Below, piece by piece: positions 1 to 15,000 of a DNA stretch of 64,000 bases (position 1 is its first letter; the number at the start of each line of letters is the position of its first letter). The DNA comes from Guillardia theta CCMP2712 (taxonomy: Eukaryota; Protista; Cryptophyta). A model generated the notes under the pieces. That model was given only the letters and a program-made list of their open reading frames with translations. It was not told the origin of the DNA and did no database searches. The DNA lies in NCBI RefSeq assembly GCF_000315625.1, contig NW_005434639.1, positions 127,670 to 191,669 on the forward strand, in the 5' to 3' direction. A program made the translations under genes and the position numbers.

Positions 1-3000
1 AGTAGAGAGCATTTTCCGGGGGGATGAAGAGAGTAGTTTGCATGCAGGATTCCGTGTGGAAAGAGCCTTCCATGAGAGTAAGAGTCAGTTGAGAGTCGGA
101 CCAACGCCCTCGCATTCTATCTTGTCCGTCAACCAAGACCCTGATCCCTTGCATGTCATCGGCAGTTACAAACGGCAAGACCAATTTGATTGTGTCAAAC
201 TCGTACAACGGGAACGAGAGCGAGAAAGCGAGCGTGAGCTGGATCGGAGAATGGTCATCAGCAGCATCCAGCGAGATTTCTGGTCTGACCATGAAATTTC
301 CGAGCGGCTCGATTCTCATTGGGACCGCAAACTTCTTCATGGCATCATCGTACACAAACATTGCCCCCTCCTTCCATTCAGCTGGAATCCCAGTCTTGGG
401 GAGCACGATCCCAACGCTGCTGGGGATCATCAGGTCAAAGTGCTTCAACCCGACCTGCATGTCCGATGCTGACTCAGCGCTCTCGTACACGAGACGCAGC
501 TCATTGTGCTCCTCGCAGGTGTCGGAGCAGGAGACGTACTCCAGCACAGTGCTGGGCATACAGGAAGGAAAGTCAATCGCCAACGTCTGGTTCGTCCAAC
601 TGTTGTTCATACAGACGCGGGTGCAGGAGCGTTCGTACACCCACGTCATGTTGAAGCTCGTGGTGGGCTGGGGGGTGCTGATAAGAAGGTTTTCAAGTGA
701 AGGCCCAACGAAGCCCGGCAGGATCAAGCTGATGACGTATCCTGACTTGGGCCGCCTGAGGCAGATCTTGATGAAGAGCTGAACCAGACGGTCAGCGTTG
801 AGCAGCTCAAACCGGAGGACGGGAACTTCGCACACAGGCGCCGAGAAGAGGCCGATGGGAACAGCCGCAAAGGGAACCTGTGTGGAGTTGACAAGTTGAT
901 GGTATGGTATCACCCCAGCAGTGGCGTCGAACGAGACGGTGAAAGCTGCATTGTTGAGAGCAAACCCAGTAGCAGGTAGCGTGATCCCAGATTCCGACGG
1001 GATCCAGACAGTTACATGTTGGTCTGGTAAGATCGTATTGTTGACTACAAGCCGCATCGTCCCCAGCGACTGGCTCCATGTAGCTTCAGAGAAGAGTCTG
1101 TCAGGTAGAGAAAACAAGGTCAGAGAGGAATTTGAGGGGCCGGACAAGCCTTGCAATCGCAGCAAGATTGTTTCTCCCTTGTTCATGTTCACATTCACAG
1201 AGAACACAAACTTGATCGTGGTTGTCTCTCCAGCAATCGGCGGCAAGAACAACAAACCAGCGAAGTTGACTGAGCCAATAAACGAATAATTCAGGATAGC
1301 TCGCTCGAGCACTGGGCCTTCTTTAGCATCTGTCCTGATGGTGAAAGTGTGATTTGAGCCAACTCCTGCCTTGGGTACGATGATCGAACAGTGGGAGGAG
1401 GAGACGAAAACCCAACTTGCGTTTTGTGATGCGAAGGAGGAATCATTAACAGGTGTGAAAGCAGCAGACACGTTGAACGAGAGAGTTTGCTCTTGAGGAT
1501 TCCAGCTAGCATGATAGAAAAGCTTGTGAGGATGAGACGTCACAGGAAACTCATGGCAAACAGCCCCGGAGAAACCAGCGAGCTTGACAACAACAACATC
1601 CCCTGGGCTCAAGTCCATGTTCGGGGTGAAGGAAACATTGATATCAGTAGGACTTCCATAGATACGAGGGGAAAACACGATGGAAACGTCGGAGAAGGAG
1701 CCAACAGGAGGGTTCTTGAGAATGGGAGTGAAAGGGATGTTTCCGTTCCTTGACATGACAGATATTGTCGAAACATTTTCATCCCTCCTCAAAGGCCGAT
1801 GGGGTAACATGATTCCATTTTGCCAAAGGAACTTGACGACGATTGGCTGCATCGAGGGGACGGAGGCGTTGAGCACTGTCAGAGCTATTCCTGTGCTGTT
1901 GCAGTTGGTGATCCAGTCAGGATGGAAGACGTCTTGCATCGCTGCTGCAACCTCGACCTGCTTCGAGTAGTCCTGGCGCTGGAAGCCGTGAAGGTAGATA
2001 AAAACTCTGTCTCCTCTGATCAGGTCGAAGGTGACTGTGAACTTTACCTCAACCTCCACCACCGCGTTCACGATTAGCGGAGAGTAGGAGAGAGAGGTGT
2101 CCATAACGATGCCAACGGATTGTGCGAACAGCAAGTCGGTGGAGGGGACGGGACCGTTGAACGCAGATGTCAAGATCTTGAAACTGGTCTGGTTGGGATA
2201 CATCCCACCGACGGGGATCTTGATCCGTGCGGATGGATCAACGTAAATCTTGACATTCGTATCGATCTGCACATCGGCTGAGAACACGAACGTCAACAGG
2301 CTTCGTGCTCTATCTACCGTCCCCACCAGCTCAGCTCTTGTACCATCTTCATACAGGCAGGCACCTGTAAAGTTCTGAGCTTCAAAGTCGATCAAGCTGT
2401 ACTCAAGAAACATCTCATCTGCTGCTCTAATGTGCATCCTCACTCCAATCATCATCAGCAGCGCTGCATACTGCCCAGCGACGGGCGGCAGGAGGAACAG
2501 TCTGGGGTAGACGAAGGAACCCACTGGGAAGACATTGGAGAAAGAAGTCTGCTCTGTTTGGACAGCGATGGAGATGTTGTATACGGTGCTAGAGTAGAGT
2601 CCTGACCTGTAGATAGGACCATCATCACTGGCTACTGCGATCCAGAAATTAGATTGGTTCTCCCGCACTCCTACCACCGGTATCACTAGGCCCAGAGTTC
2701 TTGGCAGCACAAAACTGATCAAGGTCTCTGCCGGGACGTCATCTTGGCTGTCGACGACAATCAGAGAGTCAGAGGCGTTCCATGACACGTTGAACGACAG
2801 GTTCCTGTCAGAGACGACTGGGAAGTCAACGAACGAGTCCCCTTGGAAGTTGGGCAAGGGAAACGTGATGGTCTCCCTCATCGCCAAATCCATGGAGAGG
2901 GCGAGAGAAACGAAGATGTCCGCTGCTTCCCCAGCCTTACCCAAATGCCGCATCAGGTGAGGGTCCAAAACCGTCTCGAACCTGATGGTGGGCCCGTACA

Positions 3001-6000
3001 AGATTGACCCGATAGTGTCGACGTGGATGGGGACAGGGGTCCGAGGGCCGTAGAATGCGTTGCTGGCGATGGTGAAATTCTGCTGTTTCCTGATTCCGTT
3101 CACTGGTAAACTGATCCCAGCGTCAGTACCAACAACAACCTCGATAACTTCGAGCGGGTCGATCCGCTGTGAGACGATCATTACCAGAGTCTTAGTTTGC
3201 AAGTTCCAGGTAGCGTTCTGAAGGTGAGGAGAGAACTGTAGGGTAATGTTCGTATTGCTGTCCCCTCCGAAGGAATCGAGCTGTAAGATGATAAGTTCTC
3301 CCTCCAAGATCTTCATGGTAGGGACGAAGCGAAGAAACAGGTTGGCGACAGCTCCTGCGTACCGAGGCTCGAAGGTGACGTAAGGGGCGCTGTCCAAACT
3401 CGTCGACCCGTAGATCATCCCGACAGGATTGGAGCGAGGGACTTGGATCGGGAGCACCGGGCCGTCAGTAGCATTGCAGGAGATGAAGAAACCCGACTGG
3501 TTCCACTCGAGCCCCACCTTGGGCGGTATGAGACCCTGGTTGGCGAGGACTTCAAGGGTCAAGCTCGAGTGCGCAGAGAGGTTGGCTCCTATCAGAAACT
3601 CCAACTTCTGCCCGACGGGATCCCACATCGCCGATGTCACCACCTCTGGAGGGAGACTGCCGACTCGGATGATCCTCTGTTCGGAGGACGAGGAGTAGAA
3701 ATTGGGGAGGTCGAGACGGATCGTTTCGCCATTGTTCAGCTCCATGGGCACTTGGAGGAACAGAGTCATCGTCGTTGGTAGGGTCGGGGTAAACCTGAGC
3801 TCAGGCGACCTCTCCTCCAATCGCAACCGGGCAAAGAAAGATCCAACGGGCCTGACTAGCGCGGGACTGACACTCGACACCGGGCCCTGGGCCGCGTTGA
3901 CCGTGATCAGGATTCCGTGCTGCTGGCGTCTGACGCCGGACTCCGGTAGGTACAGTCCAGAAGCGTTGAGGACCTTGATGAAAATCCGGGTACCTGCAAG
4001 GATGGTGGGCCCGGCACAGGAGTCAGCGACTGTGAAGGTAAGAGTGGACGTGGTCAAGTTCCAAGAAGATGTAGAGATCTTGGCAGCTGGCTCCACATGG
4101 AGGGAGAGAGGGGACAGCGAGGAGCCCTGAAAGCTAGGCAAGAGCACAGTGAATGTCTCGCCGGGGAACAAGGGCATGCTGAACTTGAGTTGCATTGATA
4201 TGTTGACATTCTCCCCTGCTATCGGAGGCTCGAAGTAGATCAGACTCTCCATCACAGCTCCGACGGGCTGTACGAAGTCTACGCGCGCGTTCCTCACCGC
4301 CCCGTCGCGGGAGTTGGTTGAGACCCTGAAGTCGAAGACGTTGAAAGGGACCCCGTAGGTCGGCAACCGAAATTTGGACGAGCGGTCGAGCTTGATGGAG
4401 CATCCTTGAAAGGAAGGGATCTTGGAGAACACGAGGAAAGAGATTTCGTTGACTGAAGGATCCCAGGAGGAGAAGTTCACCTCGCAACCCTCGCTCACCG
4501 TTTGGACTTCATCTCCCTCCCATGCAAACTCCGGCAGCGAGAAGACGACAGACTCGCCGGAGCCGATATCCATGCCGGGAGTGAAGGAGAAGATGACGTC
4601 GACAGACTGGTTGGCGACCGGAGAGGAAAAGTGCAGGGAGGAGTAGGCGAACCTTCCGATGGTAGAGACGAAATCGAAGTAGAAGGGGAAGGGCTTGATC
4701 GAGGAGGTATAGAAGGTAACAGTAAACTCATGCACGTTCCTGGTCCTGATCCCGGGGAAGGGGAGCAGGAGGGCAGCAGAGGAAGGGACTTCGACGTGGA
4801 AGAGTTGATCCTTCTTGACGACTTGGCCACACCTCACAGTGACATTGAACCGTTGGAGGACTGGAAGCCACTGAATGTTGACTAGGTCTTTCGAGGACCC
4901 TTGCAAGCCTGCGATCTGAGAGATAGCTTCGCCAGTGAAACCTGGCAAGTGGATCAAGAAGTACTCCTGCGCAACGATGTCAAACGCAGGGACGAAGGCG
5001 ATGATGATTGCTGCGGCTTCTCCTGCATTGATGGGGTTGAAAGTGATGGACGAGTTGGTAACGTTATTGACGTAAGGGCCACTGGCGGCATGCCGGAACG
5101 GCCGGCAGTCCTTGCACTGCACTTGAGACGTGTAGACAAGAGAGGTTGTGGTCGAGAAGTTCGAACGACCGACGATCCTCGTGTTGAAATTTGACAAGTA
5201 CAACTTCAGGAGGGTCCCGCGCGGAATGCTCTTCCTCCCAACCGTCAACAAGAGGGTCTCGTTGGAGGGGAACCAGAGGGCCTCGTGTACGGTCGAAGTG
5301 TAGGGCTCGAACAGGAAGGAGGAGGAGTTGTACATCGATAGGCTCTGTGCCGTCGCCCCCCCAATCTGATCCGGGCAAGAGGCCGATGGGTCCAATCTCT
5401 GGGCGTTCAAGGCAAACCCGTCTTTCAAGCACCTGCTCATGCCGATACCAGCCTGACATAACGATACCTTCTGTTGGGGGTTGTCCAGACTGAAGTAGGC
5501 GCTTTCTGACGGGCATGTCGGCGACAGAGCCGGAGCAGGGCAGTAGCTGGGGCAGAGGAAAGAGGCGCAATCTGCAATCTGCAAGTCTGCAATGTCTTCG
5601 ATGCCCCAGCCGCAGCCGAGGAGAGTACGTCTTGTGGTGACGTCACAGACTCTGTCGACAGAGAAGAGGCCGGCAGACAGACCAGCCAGCGGTACTTGAC
5701 ATGTATCGTTGCAGTCGGAGCGCTGGAGACCGTGCAGTTCGAGCTGTACGGAGGAGCGAGGCTCCAAGTCGACGTCAAATCTCATCACGATCTCGACCTC
5801 GGCGTCATACCCGACCCTGCTGTCGTTCAGTCGAACAGAGACTGGGTACTGCAAGGGGGCCAGCCCGCTGACAACGAGAGGGAAAGAGTCCAAGATCAGC
5901 CCTTGCTTCGCGTTGCAGGAGAGCTGGAAGGACGTCTCGTCCAGCTCGTCCCTCATCAGGTATACTCCAGCTGGGAGAGGTACTCGGACCGTGATTTTCT

Positions 6001-9000
6001 CTCGAGCGCCGACAGACTGATTGAACACAAAGAAGATTGGTAGGACGATACTCTGATTCCCACCTGTCCCATTCGCGCCAGGGTCAGAGGGTTGGGTGCA
6101 ATCGCCGAGGTCAACGCGGCCATGGCTGAAGGAGGTGAAGTTCTCAATGCAGCAAGAACTGCAGGACTCAAGGAAGGTGCCCCTTAGCGGGAGCTTCAAC
6201 CTAACGTGCTCGCCCTCGTCAATTCTCATCGTGACCACAAACGAAAGCTCAAGTGCGCTGATGTTGTTGTTGGAGCATCTCTCCGGATCGAAGGCCAGGT
6301 GGCTGTACTCAAAGGCTCCGATCCTCGGGAAGTGTTGTATGTACGTGATGGGCTGGATGGGGATGGAGCCGTCCACAGCGATGGCTGCCACTCGTGGTTG
6401 GCGGATGTCGATGCCTCCAAGGAGCCCCGTGCTCGGGAGCATGAGACCGGAGGAGGAAGGGACTATCACTGAGATGTTCTCGTGGATGGAAATTTCTCGT
6501 GAGACTGTCAAGGTTAACGATTCCAGGGCCTGGTTCCAAGAAGCCCTCTCGAACCTAGCTGGGTCGCTACTGGAGATTCCGACGCAGAGAGGTCCGGAGA
6601 CGCCAAGGAAGAGAGGGAGGTAGACGGTGATAGTGTCCTTGACCACCAGCATCATCTCCGGGACGAATGAGATAGAGATCTGAACGGGAGCGCCTGCCAT
6701 GGGAGGGTTGAAACTGAGGACGAACGAGTCCAAGAACGATCCGATCGACTGGCTACTAACGAAAGGAGTGAGAGGATGCTTACTCACCGGGCCGCTGGCA
6801 GCGTTGGTGCTGATGCCAAGGTTGGGTTGGTTGAGCCGAATGCCGTCGTCAGGGACGATGATCCCGAACGAACTAGAGATGTTGACATCTACTTTGAAGA
6901 AGGCTGAGATCTCCGAGTCCACTGTAAAGATTAGCTGCATCGTGCTGTTCTCCCAGCTGGCAGACGTGATGGACCCGTTGGTCGCCGTCACCGAGCCGTT
7001 GACGCTGGCGCCATAGAACTTGGGGAGCTTGAGAACGATGAGCTCTCCCGGCGCAAGGGGCATCACAGCCTGGAAGCTGAAGAACAGAGAAGAGACATCC
7101 GCAGCCTTGGCTGGATAGAAGCGAAGGACAGTAGTGTCCATGAACGATCCCAACAGCTGGTACTCGGTCACGAAGGTCGGGGGGATCCTCGGAACGGGCC
7201 CGTACTTTGCAGACGAGAAGATTGTGAAGTTTCGGCTGCCGGCCGTGACGCCATTGTGCGGCATGATGATGCTGGCGTTCGTCGTCAAGGTGAAGATGGT
7301 GTTCCCAGGAACATCGGCGAAGAACTCGAAGGTCAACATCTCCTCCGTCTTGTTCCAGCTTCCCACAGCTTGGGTCTCGGAGGAGGACACGATGACGGGG
7401 AATGGGCTCTCGAGCACCGAGAATCCAGGGAGGATGATGCTGATCTTGTCGCCGGGGATCAGTCTTGACGTCAGCTCCAGTCGCACCTGAACGTTGCCGG
7501 GGACCTGAGAGATGCTGTTGGGGGCCATGGGCTCGATATAGCTAAGGGCAGTGTTATTCTTGAAGTAACCGATGTACTGGATGTCACGGAAGAGGACTTG
7601 CTGTATCTCACCGGCGGACAGATTCCCCTGGAGGGAGATGAAAGATGCCTCGTTCACCCCCTTCTCCGGCAGCAAGATACCTGCTGCATCGGGGATTACG
7701 AAGGAGAAGCTGAAGTAAGGGTCCCGGTAGACTTTGTTCACAAACGTGATCTCCACTCCCTCCGTTGACTCGCTGACCGTGATCGAGCGCTCGCTGTCCT
7801 CGAGCGTCAGAGCCTGCAGGTCTGACCTGTTGCTGAGCCTAAAGTCTGGGAGTTTGATCAAGAGACTGTCGTCCACATAGGTCAACACGTCAAAGGCCAT
7901 CACGACTGACAACTCCGTCGGCATGCCTGCCCTGGGCTCCTTGGAGAACCGGATGGAAGAGACGTTGACCGAGCCGTACTGCTTCACTTCCTCTGACTTC
8001 TCTATTGGAATTGCTTGGCTGATCGGAACTTCTCCATCCGTCGCTGAAGACGCCAGGGTGTTGGCCTGGTCGTTGAGCCCGTTCCCCCTGCTCGAGATTG
8101 TGACCGACGATTGCGCGATGCGCAGGGTCAGTTTGGTGAATGCCGGGATATTCGTCTGGACGGGGAGGACGAAGGAATAGTCGGGGCTCGTCTGACTCCA
8201 GCTAGCCTCATTGATCCCTCCAGCTGGGCCTTCGAGGACCTGTACGTTGATGCTCGCCCCGTCATTTCCATCAAGCCCAGGAATACGGAGAACAATGTTG
8301 TCGTTGGGCTGCAGGTTCATGGTCGGAACAAAGGAGACGGTTATAGAGGGGGAGGAGCCGATTTGCGGGGGGTCAAAGCGGAGGGAAGTTTCATAGAAGA
8401 ACCCAACAGGAGTGTAGTCCGTGATGGGGGTGGGTGGGATAGGAGCTGCTGGAGCAGAGCAAGAAACGTTCATCTTACCCGCGGACAGAGTGATTCCCAG
8501 CTGAGGGAGAGTGATTCCGATCGACTCGGGCACGACGAGGGTAACTTCGACGTTCTGGTTGATGCACTGATTGGCAGTCAAATCCAGCATTTCGGACGAG
8601 GGGTCCCAGATGAAGGAGAAAGGGACGTTGGAAGTGGATACGAGATTTCCGCTCGTGGCTCCTCCGTTGAACCCACCAAGGTAGATATGGAACAACGACC
8701 CCGACTCGATCGGCATGGTTGGGGTCAATACTATGGTGATCTCGACTGAATGCCCAGCACGGAGGGGCGCAAACGTAAGTCCGAAGGTTGTAAAGGCACC
8801 AGCTGGGCTGATCTGCTTGATTCTGATGGGCAGGACCGGTCCAAGGACGGCGTCAGTGCTGATGTTGGGGAGATAGGTGTCCAAGACACTGCGGTCTATC
8901 AAGCTCCCGCAGGAGGAGGTGTGAGTCAGCAAGCCCCGAGCAGGGAGCTTGAAGTTCTTGATCTCCACCTTGAGGTTTGACTGGAAGACGTCCTTTGCCA

Positions 9001-12000
9001 GGGTCAGCACCATGTTGTTGGTTGCTAAGTCCCAACTCGCCCCCGACGCGAAGCCTTCGGGGACGGTTACGATCTCCGAAGAATGGATCTGGTCCTGGTA
9101 TACCTCAGACCTCTCAAACAGAGGCAGATTTAAGACCACATGGTCCCCCTGCTGAATCGGGAGATGAGGAGTGAAGGAGAAGGAGATCACGTTAGCCACT
9201 CCCACTTGCCCTGGGATCACCTGGAAGGTCGTCGAGGACAGGAAAGTCCCCACAGCGGGAGACTGCCAGACTGGGGTCGGGAGGATCGGGCCGTCCGAGC
9301 TGGTGCAGGAGATCTTGATGTCTCCGTTGTTGAGGTTCGTCCCGTAGACCGGGAGCACGAGGCCCGATTCGGAGTGATACACTGAGAGCGAGATCGAGAC
9401 GTTGGCTGGGATCTCCTGCACGACTGTGAACTCAAGGATCTGAAGTCTCGTCGACCACGACGCTCGAGTGATGTAGTGCTGGGGGTCTACGACAGAAATC
9501 TGACCAGGGAGAAGGGTGAAGGACGGGAGGGAAAGTCGCACAAAGTCGTCCTGGAAGATCTTCATGGAAGCCCGGAAGCGGAAGAAGAGGTCGGAAAGCT
9601 CTCCAGCCCTCTTGTTTCCGTAGTCCAGCCACGAAGTGCCGGCGAAGGAGCCGATGGGAGTGTACTGGACGGGAGAGAAGGGAACAGGTCCATCGAGAGC
9701 GTTGCACTTGATGTAGATTTTTCCTCTAGCGATCCCTTCCTCTGGGATCTTGAAGCCGACGGACTGAGGGACAGTAACGACGACGGATTCCCCTATCACG
9801 ACTGAGCTCTGCGCTGTCAAGCTGAGGATCGAGAGGCTCCCTTGCCATGAAGCTTGGATGAAGCGCAGGTTCGTGGAGGTGACGGTGAACTGGGACGGGG
9901 TGGCCTGGAACCCTGGCAGGAAGAGCTCAACAAGTTCGCCGGGGGCGATCTTCATGGTCGGGGTGAAGGAAGCTTGCAATGAGGTCTTGACCTGTGAACG
10001 AGAGTTGTAGGCAACAGGTGGGGTGAAGACGATGTTGACATTCTTGTTGGGATCCGCGTTGTAGAAAGACCCGATGGCCTGGATCTTGGTCAGAGGGGCC
10101 GACAGGACAGGCCCGTCCTGTGCGTCAGAGTTGATGTTGAAACGAGTGTCCCCGTCCCTCACGCCCTCTATCGGCACTTTGATCAGGACAGACACGTTGA
10201 TAGTCAGCACGACGACAGAGAAAGCCGAGATGGTTTCGTTTGCCACCAGCCTCATCTTGCCCCTGTTCTCGTCCCATATCACCGTCCAGTCAGTCCCGTT
10301 CGAGGGCAAGACTCCGTCGGCCCGCTCCGAGACGTTCTTGAAGTCGTAGAAGGTGATTGTGATCGATTCACCTCTGAGGATTGTCATCGTTGGCTGTACG
10401 ACAACTCCGATACTGTTGATGCCCGACAGCAACGACGAGGACGAGACAGAGCCATAGAACCCGACCTCGCTCCGGAGGAAGTTGCCGATCGGGACAACGT
10501 GAGTGATGCAAGAGGAGAAGTTGCCATAACGGGAGGTGAAGGCTTGCAGTGTGTAACAACTCAGCCTTCGGATGCCTGCCTGGGGAATGACCATCCCCAC
10601 ACTTGACGAGATGAAGACCGAAGAGTTGCCGAGAAGACGAACGTGAGACTCGAAGGTCATCAGGAGCTCAGAAGTCGAGTTGGCCCAACAAGCAGACAAG
10701 GCATGCTTCATGCTCTGCCCTGAGATCGAGATCGTCAACGTCCGAGGGTCTTGACAGGAGCCCTCGCTGTAAAAGTCAGGGAGATGGAGTCTGAGCGTGT
10801 CGTTGACGTCAAAGGAGATATCGCTCTCGAAGGAGATCGAGAAGTTTACTGGAGAGAGAGAAACCTTGTCGCCGAAGTTGAGCGACGTCGATAGGATTCC
10901 AGTCAAGTTGAGGTTGTTAATCGGTTCTAGATCTCCATACCTGGAGCAGCCCACCAAGAAATTGTTGGAGGTCGCCCAAACCATTGACACTTGATCAACC
11001 ATGAGTGCTGAGTCTGCAGTGATTGTCAACTTCACTTCCCGTCCGAGTGGGAGGTTGCCAAGAGATGAGAGAGTGAGAAACTTTTGATCGAAGCCTTTGA
11101 CCTCCTCATACTTGCAAGGACAACTCTGATCCGCCTGACTGCCGTTGCCGCACGAACTGGTTCCCCAGAGCGCTTGGAAGGAAGCTGAGTCCTCTCCTGC
11201 CAGAGAGATCTGCTGGTTGCCGCTCGCTCGGCCCAGGAACGGCAGAAGGAGGATGAGACTATCGTCTTTGAATATCACTTTCCTTGACTTGATGGCGAAG
11301 CTGATCTCGAGGTACATGCTCCGGTCCTTGGGGAAGAAGAAGGCAGACACCTGCTCCAAGGATCCAATCCCCTGCACACCTGACACTGGAGCCGAGAAGA
11401 CCTGCCCTTCACTGGCGTTGATGGAGACAGTGAAGGCTGAGTCGTTGGTCATGATGCCATCGACAGGTGTGATGATCCCTTGATCAACTCCGATCGTCAA
11501 GGTCAGGGCTGAGTACATCGCGATGTCCTCGGCTGCTCTCCACCTGACTTCCATGTCCCTCTCCGACCAGCTGCCGTTGACGAAGACCGAAGGCGGGCTG
11601 ATGTCCAGCTGCGCCTGCGAGCTCCTCCTGAAGCCCGGGAGCTTCAAACTCAAAGTCTCGTCCTTGTAGATGGTCATCGACGGGGTGAAGTGGAAAATGA
11701 TCGAGGAGGACACTCCGGCGCGAGGAGGATCGAACGACAGGCTGGAGACGACCGAGCCGATCGCCGGCCACCTTCCTATGTCAGTGACTGGGATGTCTCC
11801 AGCCACGGCGGAGGCTTGCAGTTTCAGCCCAATCTTGTCCTTTGGGAGTCCGTCCTGGGGCAGGATGAGCCCCTGAAGGAGCGAGAGAGTGACCAAGGAG
11901 GACGCTGGGAGCTCCAGAGGGACGTTCAGCTCCAGCTTGGACTGTGCTGACATCCAGCTAGCAACGGTTTCCTGGGACTGCCCGCCGTACCAATCAGTGA

Positions 12001-15000
12001 CGACGAGGACGGAGACGTTGACGGAGGCCGAAGAGAAGCCAGGGAGAGTGAGAAGAATGGTGTCAGAGGGGAAGAGAGACACGTTGGCGACGAACTGAAT
12101 CTTCATCGGGGAAATCATCCCGGCGATGGGACCCTTTTGGTCAAAGAATAGTTGCACGTCCACGGCCTTCCCGTTGCTGCCGATACCCGGGGAGTACATG
12201 ATGGAAGTGGGAAGGATGGCCCCGACGCTCTGAACGCATGAGATCTTGAGGGAGGGCTCGTTGGCCGCCAGGCCCCCAGCTGGGATCTTGATCAGCTGAG
12301 CAGCTGAGAACTTGATGGATGTCAAGGCGTCGTGGTAGACAACCTGCCCCAGCACGATGGACAACCTGCTGATCTGAGAGTTCCATTGGATTGAAGTGAC
12401 TGTCGGACCAGTCTCGTTGTGATGGGAGACAGCGCCTGAGACCGTGAAACCGGGAAGGTCGAGCTGGACGACAGCGTTGGGCTGAAGGTCAACGATAGAG
12501 ATGAAGGAGATAGTCAGGGACACGCTGAGAGAGGTTGATGGAGGAGCGACATGGAGGCGAGAGAACTTAAAGTAGCCCACTGGATCGAAGTTTCCCTCGA
12601 CGAAGGGGGTCGGGATCACAGGCCCTGAACGCGCGTTTGAAGAGATCCGAATCAGTTTGCTGTCTGCGTAGACTCCGTCGATCGGCAGTGTCAGGTCAGC
12701 GCTGGAAAGGATTTCTCGTATCTGCTCCCCCTTGCTGAAAGGATACTCAACAGTGAACACAAGAGAGCTTGTCTCTGCCTGCCAGCTCACGAAGGCGAAC
12801 CTCTGACTCAGCGTCGAGATAGTCGTTGACGATGGCTTCGCTGAAAATCCTGGAAGGTGGAGGGTCACGGTCTCCCCGTAGAGCATGCCCATCCCTGCGA
12901 CGAAGGACATGGTGAGAGTCGTGAATCGCCCAGCGTACGCCGGAGAGAAGCGGAGGACGGGGTTGTTGAAGACTCCGACCGCGGGAGACCGCTCGAAGGC
13001 TGTGGGAAGGACGTTGCCATCAAGGGCTGATACTGAGATCTTGAGGGCCTGATAGTTCTCGATAAGGCCGTCCACCGGCAACTTGACGAAATTAGAGCCG
13101 AGAGCGAATTGAAGCGAAGTCCTCTTAGGGATGAAACTGCCGACAGACAGGCTGAGGGTGTGGGTCGTCAGGTTCCAGCACGCCTCGCTGAAGGGGAAGA
13201 CGGCAGTCGCGTTGAATGACTCGCAACGGTCGTCTCCTTGGAAGCCAGTCAAAGTGACGAGGAGCTTGTCAACGAAGGTTGAATCAGGGTACACGTTAAG
13301 CTCCATCAGGATGTCAAGAGAGACCAGCACTCTGCTGTAAACGTCTGCCTGCAACGGATCGAAAGTGATGTTGGGGTTGTCGATGCCGCCGACGGGGTAG
13401 AAGTCGACGACCCTGAAGGGGGACCTGGTGCTACCTGCCTGCGCCTTGCAGGCGATGCTGATGTTGTGCTGCCTCCCGACCCCAGTCTGCGGTAGGTTCA
13501 TCCCGGCGGTCGAAGGGATCAGAATGCTCATCTCGGTTCCTGCCTCTATGTCGCCCACGAGCTTCAACGTCAGCGTCTGGTTGGCAGCATCCCACAGTGC
13601 CGACCCGACGATCGGGTACATCACTGTCTGCCATCCGCAGCCTTTTGAGCAGTCCGAGCGCACAGACCACTCGGTGGTGAAGGTGCTGGTGTCGACAAGA
13701 CTCTGAGGAAAGGAAAACCGAGTCAGCCCCAACACAATCTCGTCGCCGTAGTGCAGACTTGCGTTGTAGGAGAAAGAGAGGAGGAGGGGAACAGGATAGT
13801 GCGTGCTCGGCTGATCTCCGAAGCGCAACGAGACATGGTTAAAGATCCCCTGCCACCCGATCACCGGCACGTAATGTATCTTCGTCTTCAAGACTGGCCC
13901 GAAGAAGGCGTCCGTCGACAGAAAAATGCTGGAGCTTGCGCTCAGTCCATCCTTCGGTATGCCGATCATCGCTGTAGAGGGCAGAAAGATGGTAATGGTG
14001 GAGTCAACAGGAAAGCTGTCGACGAGCTCGAAGGCAACGGAGCTGTTCTCTCGGAACCACGCGGAGCTGATCAACGTCCCGTTTTCGCCCACCGCTGAAG
14101 CACAGGAAATGTTGGGGCCACTAAAGGTGGGCAGGTACAGGACAATCACGTCCTTAGCAACCAACGGCATCTTGTTCCGCATGCGGATGGTCAGACCGAT
14201 GGTGGCCAAGGGCGAGGAAGTGATAAAGGAGATTGACATGTTCCAGAAGGCCCCTACCCGCTGCTTGTACGGGAAGCTAGTTAAGGGTACAGGCCCGTCG
14301 GCAGCATCCGTTCCGATCCGGAGGCACTCCCGTCCGTACAAACCATCTAGAGGGAGGACGAGACCGAACGAGCTTGGAACGACGAAGTCCATGAAGGTAG
14401 AGTAGAGCGTATACTTGGGGATTAAGGTCAGCTGGCTCTGAACGGCATCCCAAGACAGGTCAAACATGCTCGTCTCGTTCGTCGGCGGTGCTGGGCAGTT
14501 GACAACTCGTTGGAACCCGCAAAGTTGGACGAGCAGCTTGTCAGCTGGAGTGATAGACATGTACTTGATGAACTTGACAGTGACGTTGACGCGGAAGTTG
14601 CAAGCCTCTTGATAGTTGGTGCAGCACGAGGCCGTGTAGTCGTTGCAGCACGGCGAGCTCGCATACCGACTGACTGGCGCAGCATAGGGAGGAGAGAACG
14701 AGATGGAGCTGTTGAGCAAGGCTCCGATAGGCGTCACCTGCTGCAGCGAAAGAGGAGGGAAGGGGCCGGCAGAGGCGTTTGAGGACAGGGTGATGTTGAC
14801 AGAGTTGGGTCTGACGCCCTGCTCAGGTAGAATGAGCTGCTCCTCCACGCAGGAGGAGTAGATGAAAAGCTCCCGAGCCTCGATCTCGGAGATGACTTGG
14901 AGGACAAGGGAACTTTCAGCCTCCAACCAGTACAGGCTCCTCACCTTGGACGTCGAGCAAGTTCGCTGAGGCTGGAAGCCAGTCGTGTTCTTGAAGTCCG

